Positions 1 through 14,193 of a DNA stretch of 64,000 nt are shown piece by piece. The stretch is from Lytechinus pictus (Eukaryota). The DNA lies in NCBI RefSeq assembly GCF_037042905.1, contig NC_087251.1, forward strand, positions 5,396,001 through 5,460,000, read 5' to 3'. The notes under the pieces are model-generated. The model made no database searches and was not told the origin of the DNA. It saw nothing but the letters and a program-made list of their open reading frames with translations. A program made the translations under genes and the position numbers. How positions within the stretch are numbered: position 1 is the first letter of the stretch; each line of letters opens with the position of its first letter.

Positions 1-136
1 AGGTAGATAGAGATTTACAGATGGTCAGCATGCTCTTGAATTACAAAGCAGGTATACTGATGACAAATGCTTAGAAATGATTGATGATGAGAGAGAAAGA
101 GATATAGAGTAAAAGATAGACAGAGACAGAAAAAAC

Positions 137-232
137 AAACACACATATATCCACACACCCCCACACACACACACCCTCACACCCACACCCACACACCCCC
201 ACACATATCCACACACCCTCACACCCACACAC
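137..232. repeat. imperfect (CA)n/(CACC)n microsatellite
   Basis: cacacacccccacacacacacaccctcacacccacacc... run. Confidence 0.9.
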
Positions 233-1330
233 CATCATACAGACTGAAATACGTAGCTAGGAGAAAAAGAGATCGAGAAAAGATGAAGGGGATGGGTATA
301 GAGATAATAACAAATGGGTTACAAAGACGAAAACAAGATGAAATGAAATGCTGTAAAGGGGGCGTGAAAGTCTTTTTTTAAGGGACGTTTTTACAACTGA
401 CAAAGGAAGATTTTGTGAATGTCGCTTTTATTTGATTAAATATCCTCACCCTCATGCACTTTACTGGCTTATTGATATCGTCTTTTTATTTTCCCATGCC
501 GTTCTTGCGAGAAAACGAATTCCAATATATGTCCCTCGTCACAAAACAGACAGGACAGTGAAAGCTTCATTAATCAGGTTTATCGTGGCTCCTTTTTGCC
601 TCGGACCCATCTACAAAAGTGCATTATGATGTAAGAGAGGTGGATTCATCCTAGGTAATGCTGGCGTATAATATCCCCCTCTCTTTTCCCCTATACCGCT
701 ATCTTCTCAGGGGCATATCAGTGATTCACTTATCTTCAAAATACCCTTCACGACATATCATTCGACGATAAAAACAAATACATCTTACCCAGTGTGTTTA
801 CTTTGGTCGTATTATGCTATTCTGAAAAAACCCTAATAAAATGAGTCGAGAGGATTGCTGTTTTTGTTATTCATAACCATCTAGACGACATAGCCCGCCG
901 CAAATCCCCCCTCTAATTTCACAGAAGGCGCAAGCTAAACAGTTACATGGAATATTTTGTATCCGAAGTTAATAGTAAGTTTATAAACATAGGCGTATAT
1001 TATGATAATCATGTTTGCAATTATTATTATAATTTTTTGTGGAGGGTATGACGGCAAAGCCCCCCCCCCCCTCCCAACTGTACTCCAGGACTATTACAGA
1101 TACAACTAAATAAAACTGTCTGCTTTATTCCTTCAGTCAATATTACCCTAAACAAAATCCATATACTCATTTCATTAGTTAATATAAAATAGGAATGCAT
1201 TTAGATAAAGTTCCACTATAACGGCAAGTCTCATTTTGTCGAATAGGTTTGAATGCTTAAAATAGTTAGAAATTAAGATACCACTGACATTTGAAAGATA
1301 TCAAAAGTGACATTTTGAAGATAGACTCAC

Positions 1331-1375
1331 CATCCTCATGTAAGACATGATGGTCAACTGCTGCTGTGTTTCATC
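1331..1375 (-). CDS. Cys-loop receptor (nAChR-like) subunit, coding exon 3 (45 nt)
   Basis: Acceptor cccctcttctcctttacAG and donor GTGAGT (1325-1330). 45-nt phase-0 exon DETQQQLTIMSYMRM, equivalent to the conserved 45-nt nAChR exon (alpha7 DEKNQVLTTNIWLQM). Confidence 0.92.
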
Positions 1376-3799
1376 CTGTAAAGGAGAAGAGGGGAAAAAT
1401 ACAGAGAAGGGCATATTAGGATGCGGAACAAGATATTAGATTACAAATTAATCACGTCTTATTTCCACAATTGGTTTCAAGCTGGTGAAGAGTATATCAC
1501 CCTCAAACTAGGCTAAAATATGATTCAAGCGGCACATCGAGGGCAAACCTGATTATGTTTTCTCTCTTAATATAAGCTTTGCTTTATCCATCTTTCTAGA
1601 TTATTTCTGATTCAATTTCATCGTCATAATCTTCCCTCCCATCTTTTGGTGAACATATGCCGCCTCTAGCATGTAATTTCCTCCTCGTATACCGTGCAAA
1701 AGGTCACGTTTGTCCACACGTAGTGTGAATGCGTGCCTTCCTTTTCAACAATTCGCTTAACTTTGTTTTTGAAATACAATATTTCAAGTTCTCTCTACCT
1801 AATTAACTTTTATAAAAGGCGTTTTTCAATATCTTTGTCAGTTTTGAATAAGTTGTTAAAAACTAATTAGCAATTATCTATATTAAACTTGGTTAATGTT
1901 TCAAGTGGAGTATCTCGAATGGAAGCTTCAAGTAGATCTTAGATTAATTGACAAATTCATCCTTCATTTAAGATTCGTTTAAGATAGGAGTGGGAAAATA
2001 ATTAAATCGAAATGCAATCCTATACATTACATGTATATTAAAATAAAGTCATTCTCTACATTAATATACATATTTTCTATGTACACCCCTGCCGTTGGAC
2101 CGTTAATATTATAATGCTGCATGATGAGTTCCTTTTTGCGGTCGACATTGATTCTGGATTATGTTATCCTTCACTGTTGTACTACTACTACTAGTCCAAA
2201 TATGTACTCAATTCACAAGTTTGTTGTTACAACTGCGCCGCGGCTAAAAACAGGCATTGCGCTTCAATAGGAAGTCCCCCAATAGAGAAAGTGGGAGAGA
2301 CTCCTTGTTATGAGGTCACAATACATCACAATGTTAGAAATTATAATGTTTACGATCATGTCAAATAGGAATACGGACAAACAGTAAAAAACGCACATTT
2401 CATGTGTTTTAATGCATTAACCGATAGGGACAACCATAAACGTAAGTTGTTCAATTATTTTTAATTATCATTTTAATAACATTCCTCATTTTTTTTGAAT
2501 TCTATAATACGTTTGATTTTTAACCCGACGTTGATTCCAATGTTCCGGAATAAATGAATTAAAGAAAGTAAACACATGTTTCAATTATTAAGCTTGATCG
2601 ATGAAAATTGCTATATGATTTTCTTACAAGCAATTACAGTGATGTAATAATCGTAAAAATATAGAGAGATATAAAGGTTCAACAGACAGATAAAAAGATA
2701 GGAAGCGAATAACAAAAATAGATAACAAGGATTGACTTTACCAATGGCAAAAAGTCATTAGAAAAGAAGAAGGTATTGTAATGATGTACGACTGAGTTTA
2801 TGACTCCAGAATGAGGCAGTCATTTAGATTGAATTGCCTCCTATGACGCAGGACTAACATGTGGACTTGAATGGGAACAGATATCTTCACAGGTTTTCTT
2901 CTACCAGACAACATTGCACCTCACTCTTTACTGATGAGATCACTCTTATTCATGTTATAACTTTGTCTACAAAATATGGCCCTTCTTAATCGGGCATGGA
3001 CAGAGGGAGGGGGGCGTTTACATTTATTTATCCTCCCATAGGTCTATGATCCTCCAAACTATAATTTCCTTACAATGTTGATTTGAGAAAAGGTGCCTCT
3101 ATTTTTTCACTTTGCTTCTTGCTTTTTTTTGTCTGATGTGATTAAATGACGATTTACCATGTCGATTACCAAGGAAAGTATTATTACTAATGTCTAAGCA
3201 TGAAGACGTGCATAGAATCATGTAGGTTTTCCAGATTGTAAGTAAGAGGATTTGAAATGGGGTTCTCTTATTACGACGAACATGAAACAAGTATTGACCA
3301 AAATAGGCCCACTGCTTCATTAAATTATTTTCGGTCAAATATAGAAGAGTCATTGTTCCATCCCATATAGCTAGCTATTGATCTTGGGCCGAATTCTACG
3401 ATAGATTATTCCAACAACCAATACAATCAATTTATTGTAAGTTTTGTGTTACAGTACTCAGTTTTTTTCCATTATATTTTGATGGGTAGGAATATGACAT
3501 TTCCAATCAAAATGGAAATGATATGGAAGCCCACATAATAGAACAAAATAACTTTTCAAATTTCATGCATTACAATCATGGGAGATATTTGATTTTGATC
3601 ATGTAATATTCGAGGCATTATAGATTTAAAATATTGGGATAATGAACGTGATTAAGAGGAAACCTTAAAGGTGAAATGTAATGGTATGTTTTTCACGGTC
3701 AGGATTTACTTAGTCTGGATATTTTGGCAAGAGAAAAAATACACAATTTCATTTATCTATTTATTCATTTTTTTGGGGGGAAAGGTGAAAAACGATAAT

Positions 3800-3975
3800 G
3801 CAATTTTAATATAAAAGCGCTTGCATCTTTTTGGCACTCTATCATGAGCTCAGCATAGCCCAGTCGCCGTCCTAGCGAGCATGCCTTTCAAGGAATTATT
3901 CCTGTCAGCGAATACCATTTACTACACAATCAGGCAAAGGCGTGAATTTTTGCTGAAGGGAATAACGCCTTGGTA
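3800..3975 (-). mobile_element. decayed SINE fragment (body and 3' tail)
   Basis: Minus strand ttcccttcagcaaaa...gtaaatggtat...aagcgcttttatattaaaattgcattat resembles the central domain and LINE-derived tail of invertebrate tRNA-SINEs. No A/B boxes recognisable. Confidence 0.4.
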
Positions 3976-4801
3976 ACAAATAACGAGCATGAAAACACCT
4001 TAATAGTTTATTCTTCGTGAAGTTTGTGTGACATAATTTCATTTGGACTGTGTTAATGTATATTCCTCGTGTGACGGATTTCAAAATGATTGGCTAAGAG
4101 CTGGTATTCCTAAGCCAAGGGTTCATAAACAGACAAATACGTGTAACTATTATTTGTCTTATTAATATTTCGTGACCTATAAAGAATTCAGCGCTCTATT
4201 CATTAATAAATTAAGATGGAGATCAGTGATATGATCAAATTTAGCATCTAGAAAGACTCACGTCATCTAAAAGCGGCTCTTTTATGGTATAAAAGTATAA
4301 TATGATAACAGTATAATACATTTATCATGAAAATATACATGCTGATGACAAATTCAGAATATAAAATTTAATCATATGATTAATATGATCGTATCTGATT
4401 TAACATAAATCATATTTGACATTGAGGTTCTGAAAAAAAAAGAAATGCCAGATTACAAATTTGAATATCAAAATATCTATAAATGCACCCAAATCAACCC
4501 TAAACCGATCGATCAGTCAATGGTTTGGTTACTATATGAATTCAGTCTCCAATTTGTCTCCTGTCAAACCAACGTGTTAGATACTGTGTACATTACTTCA
4601 AAACTCGCGAGCGAATGTTGCGACTGAAAGAAAAAAATCTATATAATCAAAAGAGTACTTGATTTGCTATATAGTTTTCGCAGGTAATAAGATTTCATTT
4701 CATTTTTTTGAGAATATGATAGACTAGTTGAACAAAAGATTATCTATGGGGATATCCAGTCCTTCAACTGGCTCCAGTATGTTGGTTATTACTGTACTTA
4801 C

Positions 4802-4950
4802 AAATTTGATGATCTGTGATGGTAGAAATCTAAAGGAAACCCAGACAGGTCTGGAAGCATCAAGCACAGGTCTGGCAGCCTTGTGCCCGTATTCATTCAT
4901 TAGTTTATTCACCAAATCCTTCTCACCTCTTCCATTATACTGACTGTACA
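4802..4950 (-). CDS. Cys-loop receptor (nAChR-like) subunit, coding exon 2
   Basis: Acceptor tttttcctttgtctttcAG and donor GTAAGT (4796-4801). Encodes (V)YSQYNGRGEKDLVNKLMNEYGHKAARPVLDASRPVWVSFRFLPSQIIKF, matching the E..L...L...Y....RPV....V.V......QII N-terminal pattern of nAChR extracellular domains. Confidence 0.92.
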
Positions 4951-7329
4951 CTGAAAGACAAAGGAAAAACAGCTCGTAATATTTCAAAACAATAAATTCA
5001 ATACATGAATAACAACTATATACTAGATATGGAAATATGTGTCGTATTCATACTTTCCATTGGAATACTCGCTGTCGTAATGAAAGTTTGTCTTAATAAT
5101 TCACTTAAAAAATAATCACATTTGTGGATGGAACTGGGGGGGAGTATATTTATCTCAACATGTCACTAACACAAAAAATCAAAATGATAAGAGGGTATAC
5201 AACCATGCATTTGAGATATACTCTCGACTGATAGTCAGTGTATATCAGTGTATCGTGTGTATTTTCATCTCTGTTAAATTTCAAATACTGCAGTGTGGTT
5301 GAAATCCCTTGAATTTTATCTGATAAATATCTTTGTATATCTTTTATGGATATTTGGCCATTAGGTGTTCTATTCTTTTAACATTTTGGACGGACAAACA
5401 CATTGAAATATAACTTGAGACAGATTTCTACGATGTTGAGCGATGGCATATCTATCGGAAATGTAGCTTAATGGTTGCATGAAGCGACCGTTCATGTCAG
5501 ATTGAGTTTATCAGTGAATATATCTTTGGTCCGTCCTAAGTACTGTATCTGCTTCCAGATGGGGTTCAAGATTGCAGGCAGAAGATATCAAAGAAACTCC
5601 AAGAGAGATCAAAGTTTTCTGTCTCCTATTTATTTCGCATATAGCATTAGTTATATTCCAGAATCCATTCCCTATTGGTCATACAAATAATTTCCTTCAA
5701 TAAAATTTACTCCGTTACTTTAATTTTTGTGATTAGAATTGTTGGCTGTTATACACTGAAATGTTCAAAATACCCCAATCAAACCACAGTAAAGTAAAAA
5801 AAAATATCAATTGCACTAATTTTCTCTTTAATAAGAAGCATATTTGTACAAATGTTGTTGGAGATATTGTCGTTTTCGTTATTGTTATTAATGTTATCTA
5901 GTTATACCTCTCATACATTTACATTATGGTTAATTACGTCATATTAGTATTCAAGCGAAAGTTCCACATGATTTGTTTATAACCAAAGTAATGAAATTGT
6001 CAAAACAGATATGAATTATTGGAAGTATTTCTCCTAAAAACGTTGTAGTTTTGACCTTTCTTTGAGAAAGGATTTATGGAATTTGGCATTTATATTGAAA
6101 ACCTCAGTGAAAGAGGTTCGAAAAATCAGAGTTCATATGACTGGCGTCAAGGAGTGTAACCATTGTTGAATTGTGCCTATTATTGGGACCTTCAACAAGG
6201 CCAAGCAATCTATACACCAGTACAATTGCTTGATTATCAATCTAGGGCTGTTTTACAGACGAGAACCCATGATAAATTATGAGCATTCTGGGCTACAAAA
6301 AGAAGCGCGCCTATTTTGACCGATTTAGAACTACGCACTCATCAGTCACATAGACATTTGCGCCGGAGATTTCCATTAATTTTGCCCAATCAGTGCACTG
6401 TCCCTGCGAAGTGCAATCGACGAAATTGAACCTTGGTTTAAATCAGCGCAGTCAAGAATTGCCCTTTCCAAACCATTTGTATTCCTTCTCTTCCTTTTCT
6501 TCAATCGATTCAAGCTAAACGTAGAACAAACTATTTTTCTTATTTTCAAAATTAATGATAAATATGAGCCGCAGAACAAACCGTTTTTTTTGCAATCTAA
6601 GATAGCAAAAATTGCTGCAAGATTTTGTCTTGTAGCAGTACTAACAAATCCAAAACCCTCTCTTCTATGATACCTTTAAACTTGGATGAAACACGTAGAA
6701 GCGTGAATTTAAGTCGATTCGAAAACTTTAAAATAATTTCAAACTACGGAATTGAACTCCTCCCTTTCGATTCGTTTTTAAAAGACAGAGGGTTTTAGTT
6801 TTTTTAAATAAAAATAAAAAATAAATTGGATCTTTAGTAGATATGAAACAACTTTTTTCCATCGAGCCGAATGTGATTATCAAAACATATCAAATATTGC
6901 TTAAGGTTTATACATTCTACTCAAAATATTTAACGGGTGCCTAAGAAGTGTAATAATGTATACTAAATGCAGAAGTTAATATTCAACTTTGGGGTGAATA
7001 AATTATTTCAAACATTGATCAATACTTCCTTCAAAGAAAATCGAAAAAATCTATGTATTCATTTTATTCACTTTTTCCCTTATTGTTTTGATTATGTAAA
7101 ATAATAATGTTTTATTGACAAGAAATTCTAGTTGGAAGATAAAGAAACAAAGAGGTATGAACATGCGATCGACTTCTCCTGTGTTGACCCAAGTCAAGTG
7201 AAGCACAATGATGTCTGCTTCACCAAAAGAATAATCTACAGCTTTCAAACAACGGAACAGCTATACATGTACCCTCGATGCGTGAGAAAGGTAAAGAGAC
7301 GGGGAATTAAAGGACCTCCATTGCATATT

Positions 7330-7570
7330 TAGCACTTTAGCCCCTTCTCATTCTGTCTCTGTATATATCTTCATCGCTTTCTGTTGTTTCTGTCATTCCT
7401 TTCCTCTTTCTATCTCTCTCTCCCTCAGTTTCTCTCCCCTCCATCTCTTTCTTCATGTTTCTCTGTATCTGTGTATAGACCCCCTTTGTCTCTTCCCTTC
7501 CTACCTCCGTCATTCCTTTCCCTCTTCAATCCCTTGCCCATTTTCCTTTCATATTCTCCATCTTCTCACC
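7330..7570. repeat. CT-rich low-complexity tract
   Basis: Polypyrimidine run on the + strand. Confidence 0.8.
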
Positions 7571-8393
7571 GTCTTATCGCTATCATGTGGAAATAGAGAT
7601 GAAGATGTCGGTATCTTCATACGGGTTCGGAGGATGAGGGGACAATACGCGGTGTAGTGCAAGAAGTCGGATGCTACAAAGAGGGCAGGTGGGATGAAAT
7701 AAGAGAGGAAGGGGGTGATGGATGCTGTTGTTAGGTCAAGATGATTACGTCATACTTATCAAACAAACAAAACACCCGTTAATAAATCAAATGATGAGAG
7801 GAAGAAAATAAGCTAGACATACAAAAGATACTCTGTAATAAGCACCGAAGAACATCAAAATGCAGTTTTCAGCAAATGCAGCATTAAAGATGGCTAACAT
7901 GATTGTGGACAACACAAGAAAAGAAAAAAAATGATGTTTTGAAGCAACATGATAACCAGTGAGTGGACACCAAAGGAAAAGATGAAGCCAATAAAAAATA
8001 TTCTTAACAGCAGCCTGACGAAAGCTTCATATCTATGTAAAGTTATTTATGTATGACAACTTTAATAGTTAAGTTTACTTTAAAACGTCCGCAACTTCAC
8101 CCCCCCCCCAAAAAAAAAGAAGACATAGCTGACCATAATTGTCACTACAGTTAATATCCTAGATTGATATGCTTTGATATGACATAATAACGTATTCCAG
8201 TGAATTTATTTTGTGACTTTACATGTTTCTGACCAAATCAATATCTGTGTTAGAAAATTTTAATGGAATTGTATGAACAATCCAGGATGTAACTTTTACA
8301 TCGTACGGTAGATTTCTATATAGGGTCTTTTTAGATCATTCAAACAAAACATCACAGAGAGGTGATACTAGAATATCATTAAAATTTAATGTA

Positions 8394-9057
8394 AAGGCTC
8401 GGTCCCATTGCACTTTAGGCCTGGTCCCTCTGGCCAACGGATACAAAAGGTATTCACAAAGGACAGAGCGGACGAGCAAAATTTCGCGGGTGGCTCCATC
8501 GTTTTCATCCGCTCCAGAAATGGACAAAATTGGCGAAAAATTTGCGAAAACATAACGGAAAAAACGGACGTGGGTAGTTTGTAGCGCGGATGTTAAACGG
8601 TTGTTCTTCGGAAACCTTGCGGATGAAAACGGATGGAAGTGGATGACAGCTCCGAAGGGGTTACCGGGGGTTTCGAATATTTTATTTACGAGTTGCATAT
8701 ACGCTTACATCCTTTCTATTTCCGTGCTACTGACGATGTATATACGTTTCATGTACATTACCTTTCCTCCTTCTTTCAGTTTTCAGCTTCAGTGGATTTT
8801 GAGTTGAGAGGATGCCCAGACGATGCATCGAGGATACAGCGGACGTACATGGAACGTTTGTTGCTCGTATACGTCGGATTTACATCGTACCAGCGGATGA
8901 AATCACAGTGGACAGGTGCTCGATGGAGCGTATAGAGCGTATGTAACACGTATGAAATGTGTACACAACGGATACATAGCGTTTTCCAACGGATGGCAAT
9001 ATTTTTTTTACGTTTTACATCCGCTTTGCATCCGTAAGTGCAGTGGGACCGGGCCTT
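8394..9057. mobile_element. non-autonomous DNA transposon (PIF/Harbinger-like MITE)
   Basis: TIR aaggctcggtcccattgcactt (8394) versus aagtgcagtgggaccgggcctt (ends 9057), 20/22 match. Interior rich in (a)cggat/atccg motifs. Confidence 0.8.
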
Positions 9058-10543
9058 GTCACTTTTGTGAATAAATATCACTGTTATTGTTTTTAATTGA
9101 CGGAACATAAATACAATACAATACAATACAATATAAAATGAGTAAAACAAAGCGAACGGAATGTAGTTCTGAACAGTATGACGGGTGATGACCGTAATTC
9201 TATATCATTTGCTAAAAAGTCAGTTATGGGCTCCCATCTTCACATTTTGATAATAATCTTAAATATCATCGCCCTTTTTTCAATCATGAATAAGATAGGC
9301 ATGATATGATGTGCTGATATTGACGAAAGTTAAAGTCACATTTTTTAATAAAATGTATTGCAAACAATCACCCTGTATTTTTACAGAAACTACGGAAACT
9401 GTCTAACGTGAATAAAACACATACAACTATTCACAATAGTTGACCGTCATTGTTTTGGAGGAAAGCTTGCATCGTAAATTTTGATATATATATTTTAATA
9501 TAAGACATTGTGCATAGATATACGTCTGTTAATGTGACGCTATCCTCTGTTCATAATTATTAATGTTTTTCCAAATGACTCTAGTCTGAGTAACAGCTGT
9601 ATAATTCATTGCAACACTCGAGCATCGAGCTTGACAGACAGTACGTCGATCTAATTGACTTTGGTTTGCTTTTGCCATCGTAAGAAGAGAAGGAGCTTGA
9701 TTAGAAAAAAATATATAAAATTAAGTTTTGAGATTCTACAATAAAATGGATAAAGAATTATAGGTCAATGATTAACCTTCAATGTTCTATGAATCGATAA
9801 TGTTTTGTAAGTAAATCCTTGTAAGTATATATTATAGTAAGTTTTCTTTTATCAAATATATATGGATAGTAATGAGAAGTAGAACATGAATAAAGACCGT
9901 GGACATCACCCTCTAAAATCCGGTAGCCCCTAGGTTAAGCACTAAAAGTCGAATCAATCGATATGATAAGGAGTCTCCAAAAATGATACAGACAGCCAAT
10001 GCACTTAATCGCCAGACGACTGCCCTAATATAAGAGGAATACATATTGATTAAGTATTCAATAAAAAAATCGAGGGTAATTTATTTATGAGTCATAATTG
10101 GGAGATAGAAATGGTTTTACATGTCATTGCGACCATGGATACTGATAATCAAGAAATATTTCTTCGAGAATGAGGCACGGCTGGTTAAAATAAAACATGA
10201 TATATAGCTGGCGTCAGATAAAATCTTATTCTTATATGCCTTTGATTCGACAGTGGATATGCTAGTGTGATTGACATTAATGTGTATCCGTTTACATCAT
10301 TATTCCCAAGCAGATTTAATAAAGGACAAATAAAAATGAATACGAGAATGGGTTTAATGTCAAGTTTATAAATCAAATCAGTGACGCTTCGAGAAAATGG
10401 GGTTCAATTCATTGGTTCTTTTAATTTTCATATTCTAACGCTACTCTTATTTATGAAGGTCAAAATGATCAAAATGACTGATGTCAGTGAAAGTGACGTA
10501 TTAGATTTGGTGGGTCCGAATATACTGTAAATGTTATGCAGTA

Positions 10544-10795
10544 CACTCTAAAAATATTGGGTAAAAATTCTCCATGAGGGTAATTATGTGTCCAACCAAC
10601 ATTCATCATTTCTTCTGGGCATTCTAATTTATCCAGTGTGATGAAAATTTTGCCCATTCTAAAGTAATTGCTGCTTATTTTTTAACCTTCCTGGACAATA
10701 TACTTCCCTCATTGGGTAAAATACTGCCTCCAATTGGTTGGACACATAATTACCCCAGTGCTGGGTAAAATTTTACCAATATTTTGTTTACAGTG
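10544..10795. mobile_element. MITE with CACT..AGTG termini (CACTA/EnSpm-like), TA on both sides
   Basis: ta|cactctaaaaatattgggtaaaa ... ttttaccaatattttgtttacagtg|ta. Internal inverted repeat ggggtaattatgtgtccaaccaa / ttggttggacacataattacccc. Confidence 0.85.
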
Positions 10796-13001
10796 TACCC
10801 AATCCCGACAGTATTTTAGTTAATTATAATATTCTTTGTTTAAATATCACAGGAGTCGAGAACGATGGTGACTTTCCAGACAGTGGAAATGTCGCTATCC
10901 TCCCCTCCAAAGCTTACAATGAATACTACAAGTAAGGTTACCAGGGCTGCGAATATAATGATTCAATGCTAGAAATTGAAAATGAAAACAAAATGTTACA
11001 ATGCAAGCGTATATGTCACATTCTTGACAATAACTTAGGCCACCAAAATGCACAGCCTTTATTTACACACATTATACTGGCCATGATGACATAGAAGTGA
11101 CCTTGTAGAAAGAGAAGAAAGTGCATCCATCATAATAGCATCATACAGAACAATCTCATAGTCACTGTCCAACCCATCATGATCAAGATAGGTAATAATC
11201 CACCTTCTTGTTAAAGCGATATAACTAGGATATGTGAATATTGCCATTCATTTTGACTTCGAGAGCATCGCTGCCAGGGATTTGTGCAATAATCTACTGA
11301 ATTTGACATTGTTACTGGGATATGGTGTTTTTATTATTTATCATGGTTAATATGCTTCCGAGATATTTTACATTTATATTTATCAATTATTCATCTTAGA
11401 AATACAAGTATGCATGTTTCAGTATCAGTCTAAAACGTTGGTAATGAGATGGATTCATGTAGAACAGATTAATGTTAAGATAAGGGCTATCATCAATTAC
11501 AAAATCCCAAAATATACTGAAATAAATTTATCAAAGTGTTTATGTGTTGGTTTTAAGATAATAATGAATAAATGCGATCGAATTTGGAGCATGGATTGAA
11601 CAAAAAAAGAGACAGTCTTGCTTCACTATAAAAATAAGGAGTGACTATCCGGCGATTGCTATTAGGAGGGTTATATTAATTTGTTTAATGGATGGCAACT
11701 GGAAGTATTTTTCCATTTCCTGTTTATTGAACCGAATTATATCCAAAATAATTTATCAGTCTATATTGATATAGTAGTTCACTCTGCTATAAGAATCCCT
11801 TGTAAATGATCAACAAGATGTTCTAAAGAGTTACTGAAGCTAGTTTCTATTCCCTGACTGCTGACTGCGTTGCTTATCCGTTATTCGCAATAATTTCAAA
11901 AGTTCATTGAAAAGGCAATTAATATCACGTATGGTGTATTTCTCGGAAGCTTTGCCATTCTTGTTTTACATTACGTTTACTGTCAATCTCATGATTTTTA
12001 GCTCCTGCGACATTACTTATTAGTTATCGAGCTTAGCAATGTCCTTAATACTTTCTGAAAGCAACATTAGATACAGTTGTCACTAAACGGATTGCAACTC
12101 CAGCTACCTTATTTTTGTACGAAATGCTAGTTAGCTTTGTAAAAAAGTTTGCCACGGTAGAGAAAACGGTTTGGTTCACCCGCTTCTTGTATTGATGATA
12201 ATGATATTCCACAGATTCAAGTTAAAAAGCAATCTTTTGTTTGAAATTCTTAACTATACTGTTAGGTATGGAACGTTTTCTTCGCCCCTAATTACTTCCC
12301 ATTGTTTCAATAGTTTCAAAACTGCAAGGTATTACAATATACTTTCCACAGAGCACAACATAGAATAAATCTATCCTTAATTTTGATAACTTAATAATAA
12401 TCTTATACGTATTTATACTAGTAGCCTATTGTAAATCTCTTAATTTCAAATTTGTATTGATTTAAAAAAGAAGTGCAGACATTTTTGTTCATATACGTAG
12501 AACGTATATAGGGATGACTATGCCTATATCTATAGATTTCAAACTATTAAACGAGAAGGAAAGCCGACGATTCTGATAAAGACAGCGGGCCTGAAAACCT
12601 ATATATAGCCCTCTAGCGAAGCAGAAAAACCTTCGTAATCCTATAGCGTATATATATCGTTATACTCCGTCTCAGTCCCATTTTTACGTTAATCTCTTAA
12701 ACTACATTAGAAGTATATCACTAATACCTTTGATTTCCAAACAATGCAATTTCATTCACATCTCAAACGAGTTATCTCATGCAGCCAATCTTGTAATACA
12801 TGTGTAAAATACGGATGATAGGATTTTACGGACAGTATTCATTATTGTATCTACCACGCGTTCGAAGCTTTTTGAAAGAGTAATATATTCATCCGTATCC
12901 ACTTGTAACTCTAATTGTGTTTTGTAAAGTGCATTACTTGTGAAATAATTACTCGCCATGCTCTCACATTATTTGATAATCTGTAGGCTTTTATAACTTA
13001 C

Positions 13002-13077
13002 CTGGTTGACCATGCAAAACCAGTATCATCACCAGGAAGACAAAGCTAAGGATCTCTTCGTACATTCTGTGTGCCAT
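13002..13077 (-). CDS. Cys-loop receptor (nAChR-like) subunit, coding exon 1 (signal peptide)
   Basis: Minus strand reads ATG...MAHRMYEEILSFVFLVMILVLHGQP+G, then donor GTAAGT (12996-13001). Hydrophobic signal-peptide core and good start context (atcATGG). The phase-1 end matches the phase-1 start of the 4950 exon. Confidence 0.8.
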
Positions 13078-14193
13078 GATCCTCCAAAATGTGAAAGTCG
13101 TCTTACCAAACTTCCTTTCTCACACAATTGAGATAAAAAGGAGGCGAAAGAAAAAGAAGAAATAGCACCGATCGCGGAAAACAGGGAAAACAAGTTGCTA
13201 TATCCGTCACTATGTTAGCGTATTCCAAGTTTTGACTATATATTTTTTTCTTTTCAAGTGAGATATTATTCCGAGGAGATATCCGAAATTAAAATCTCAG
13301 TTGTTTGCGCTGGGGTTCCAATACTTAACACTGACGTAGAAAATAGCGAGAGAGTGAGAGAGAAAACGGAAATCTCGTTCACCTATCGTCTCAAGATTGA
13401 CTTGATGTACTGCAGCTATAGGAGTACAACCGCAATTATAATAGTCTTTCAACCAGTCGCAATGTTTAGATGACACCATCACCCTCAGTTGTGCTATTTA
13501 TTTAAGTGATTAGAGTTGATTTTTATGTGACTTCAATTATCTCTTTCATATATCATGTATATGGAATAGAATGTGGTTACTAAATCGTCATAAGTTTATG
13601 ATTAAGAACTATGTTGAACTATGCGGCGGGGGATGGAGGGGGGGGGGGGGGGGCTGGCTGTGGGGCATGTTCCCAGGAACTCCAAGTAAAATTATAGCCC
13701 CTTTATAGCCCAAGCAATACCTTCCACGTCTTTATTGGATTGTATTATTTTATCGTTGTTTGTATTCGTGATTATTATTATTTTTTTATTAAAAAGAATA
13801 CAAATAGAACGTAGTCGGTATTTTTTATTTCAACCACTAATGGAACTGTTATAACCACCTAAATAACTAAGCTAATTAGCTAATTAGCTAATAAGCTAAT
13901 TAATCCATATGATTTATAAAACCTTACGTAATTTAATACTGTGGTTAAGCAAGGGGGCGATTACTCCCCTTCCCATCGGCAGGTCAAAAAATAGGATTAT
14001 AAGGAAACTAAATATAGTGGGGAGAAATGTAAAAGAAAAAACTAAGTGAGGAAAGCGAAAGCACTAATGAGTTTGAAACTGATCAATGACACGCTTTCTT
14101 TCTCTAAACGGTTCCTTGTTTTTAAAAGTCAACTATAGCTAAAGCGTATTATTCATTCTTTAATGCAATGGCCGCAGAACCAGGGAGTCTATA

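Noticed and set aside
4951..4987. ORF-track N-terminus (MKYYELFFLCLS) as the receptor signal peptide
   Set aside because: It begins at a non-ATG codon and spans the polypyrimidine tract and acceptor; the 13077-13002 exon supplies an ATG and a phase-compatible signal peptide.
8336..9150. 100-124 aa ORFs as a possible transposase
   Set aside because: No DDE or Myb-like motifs; they lie within a 660-bp non-autonomous element.
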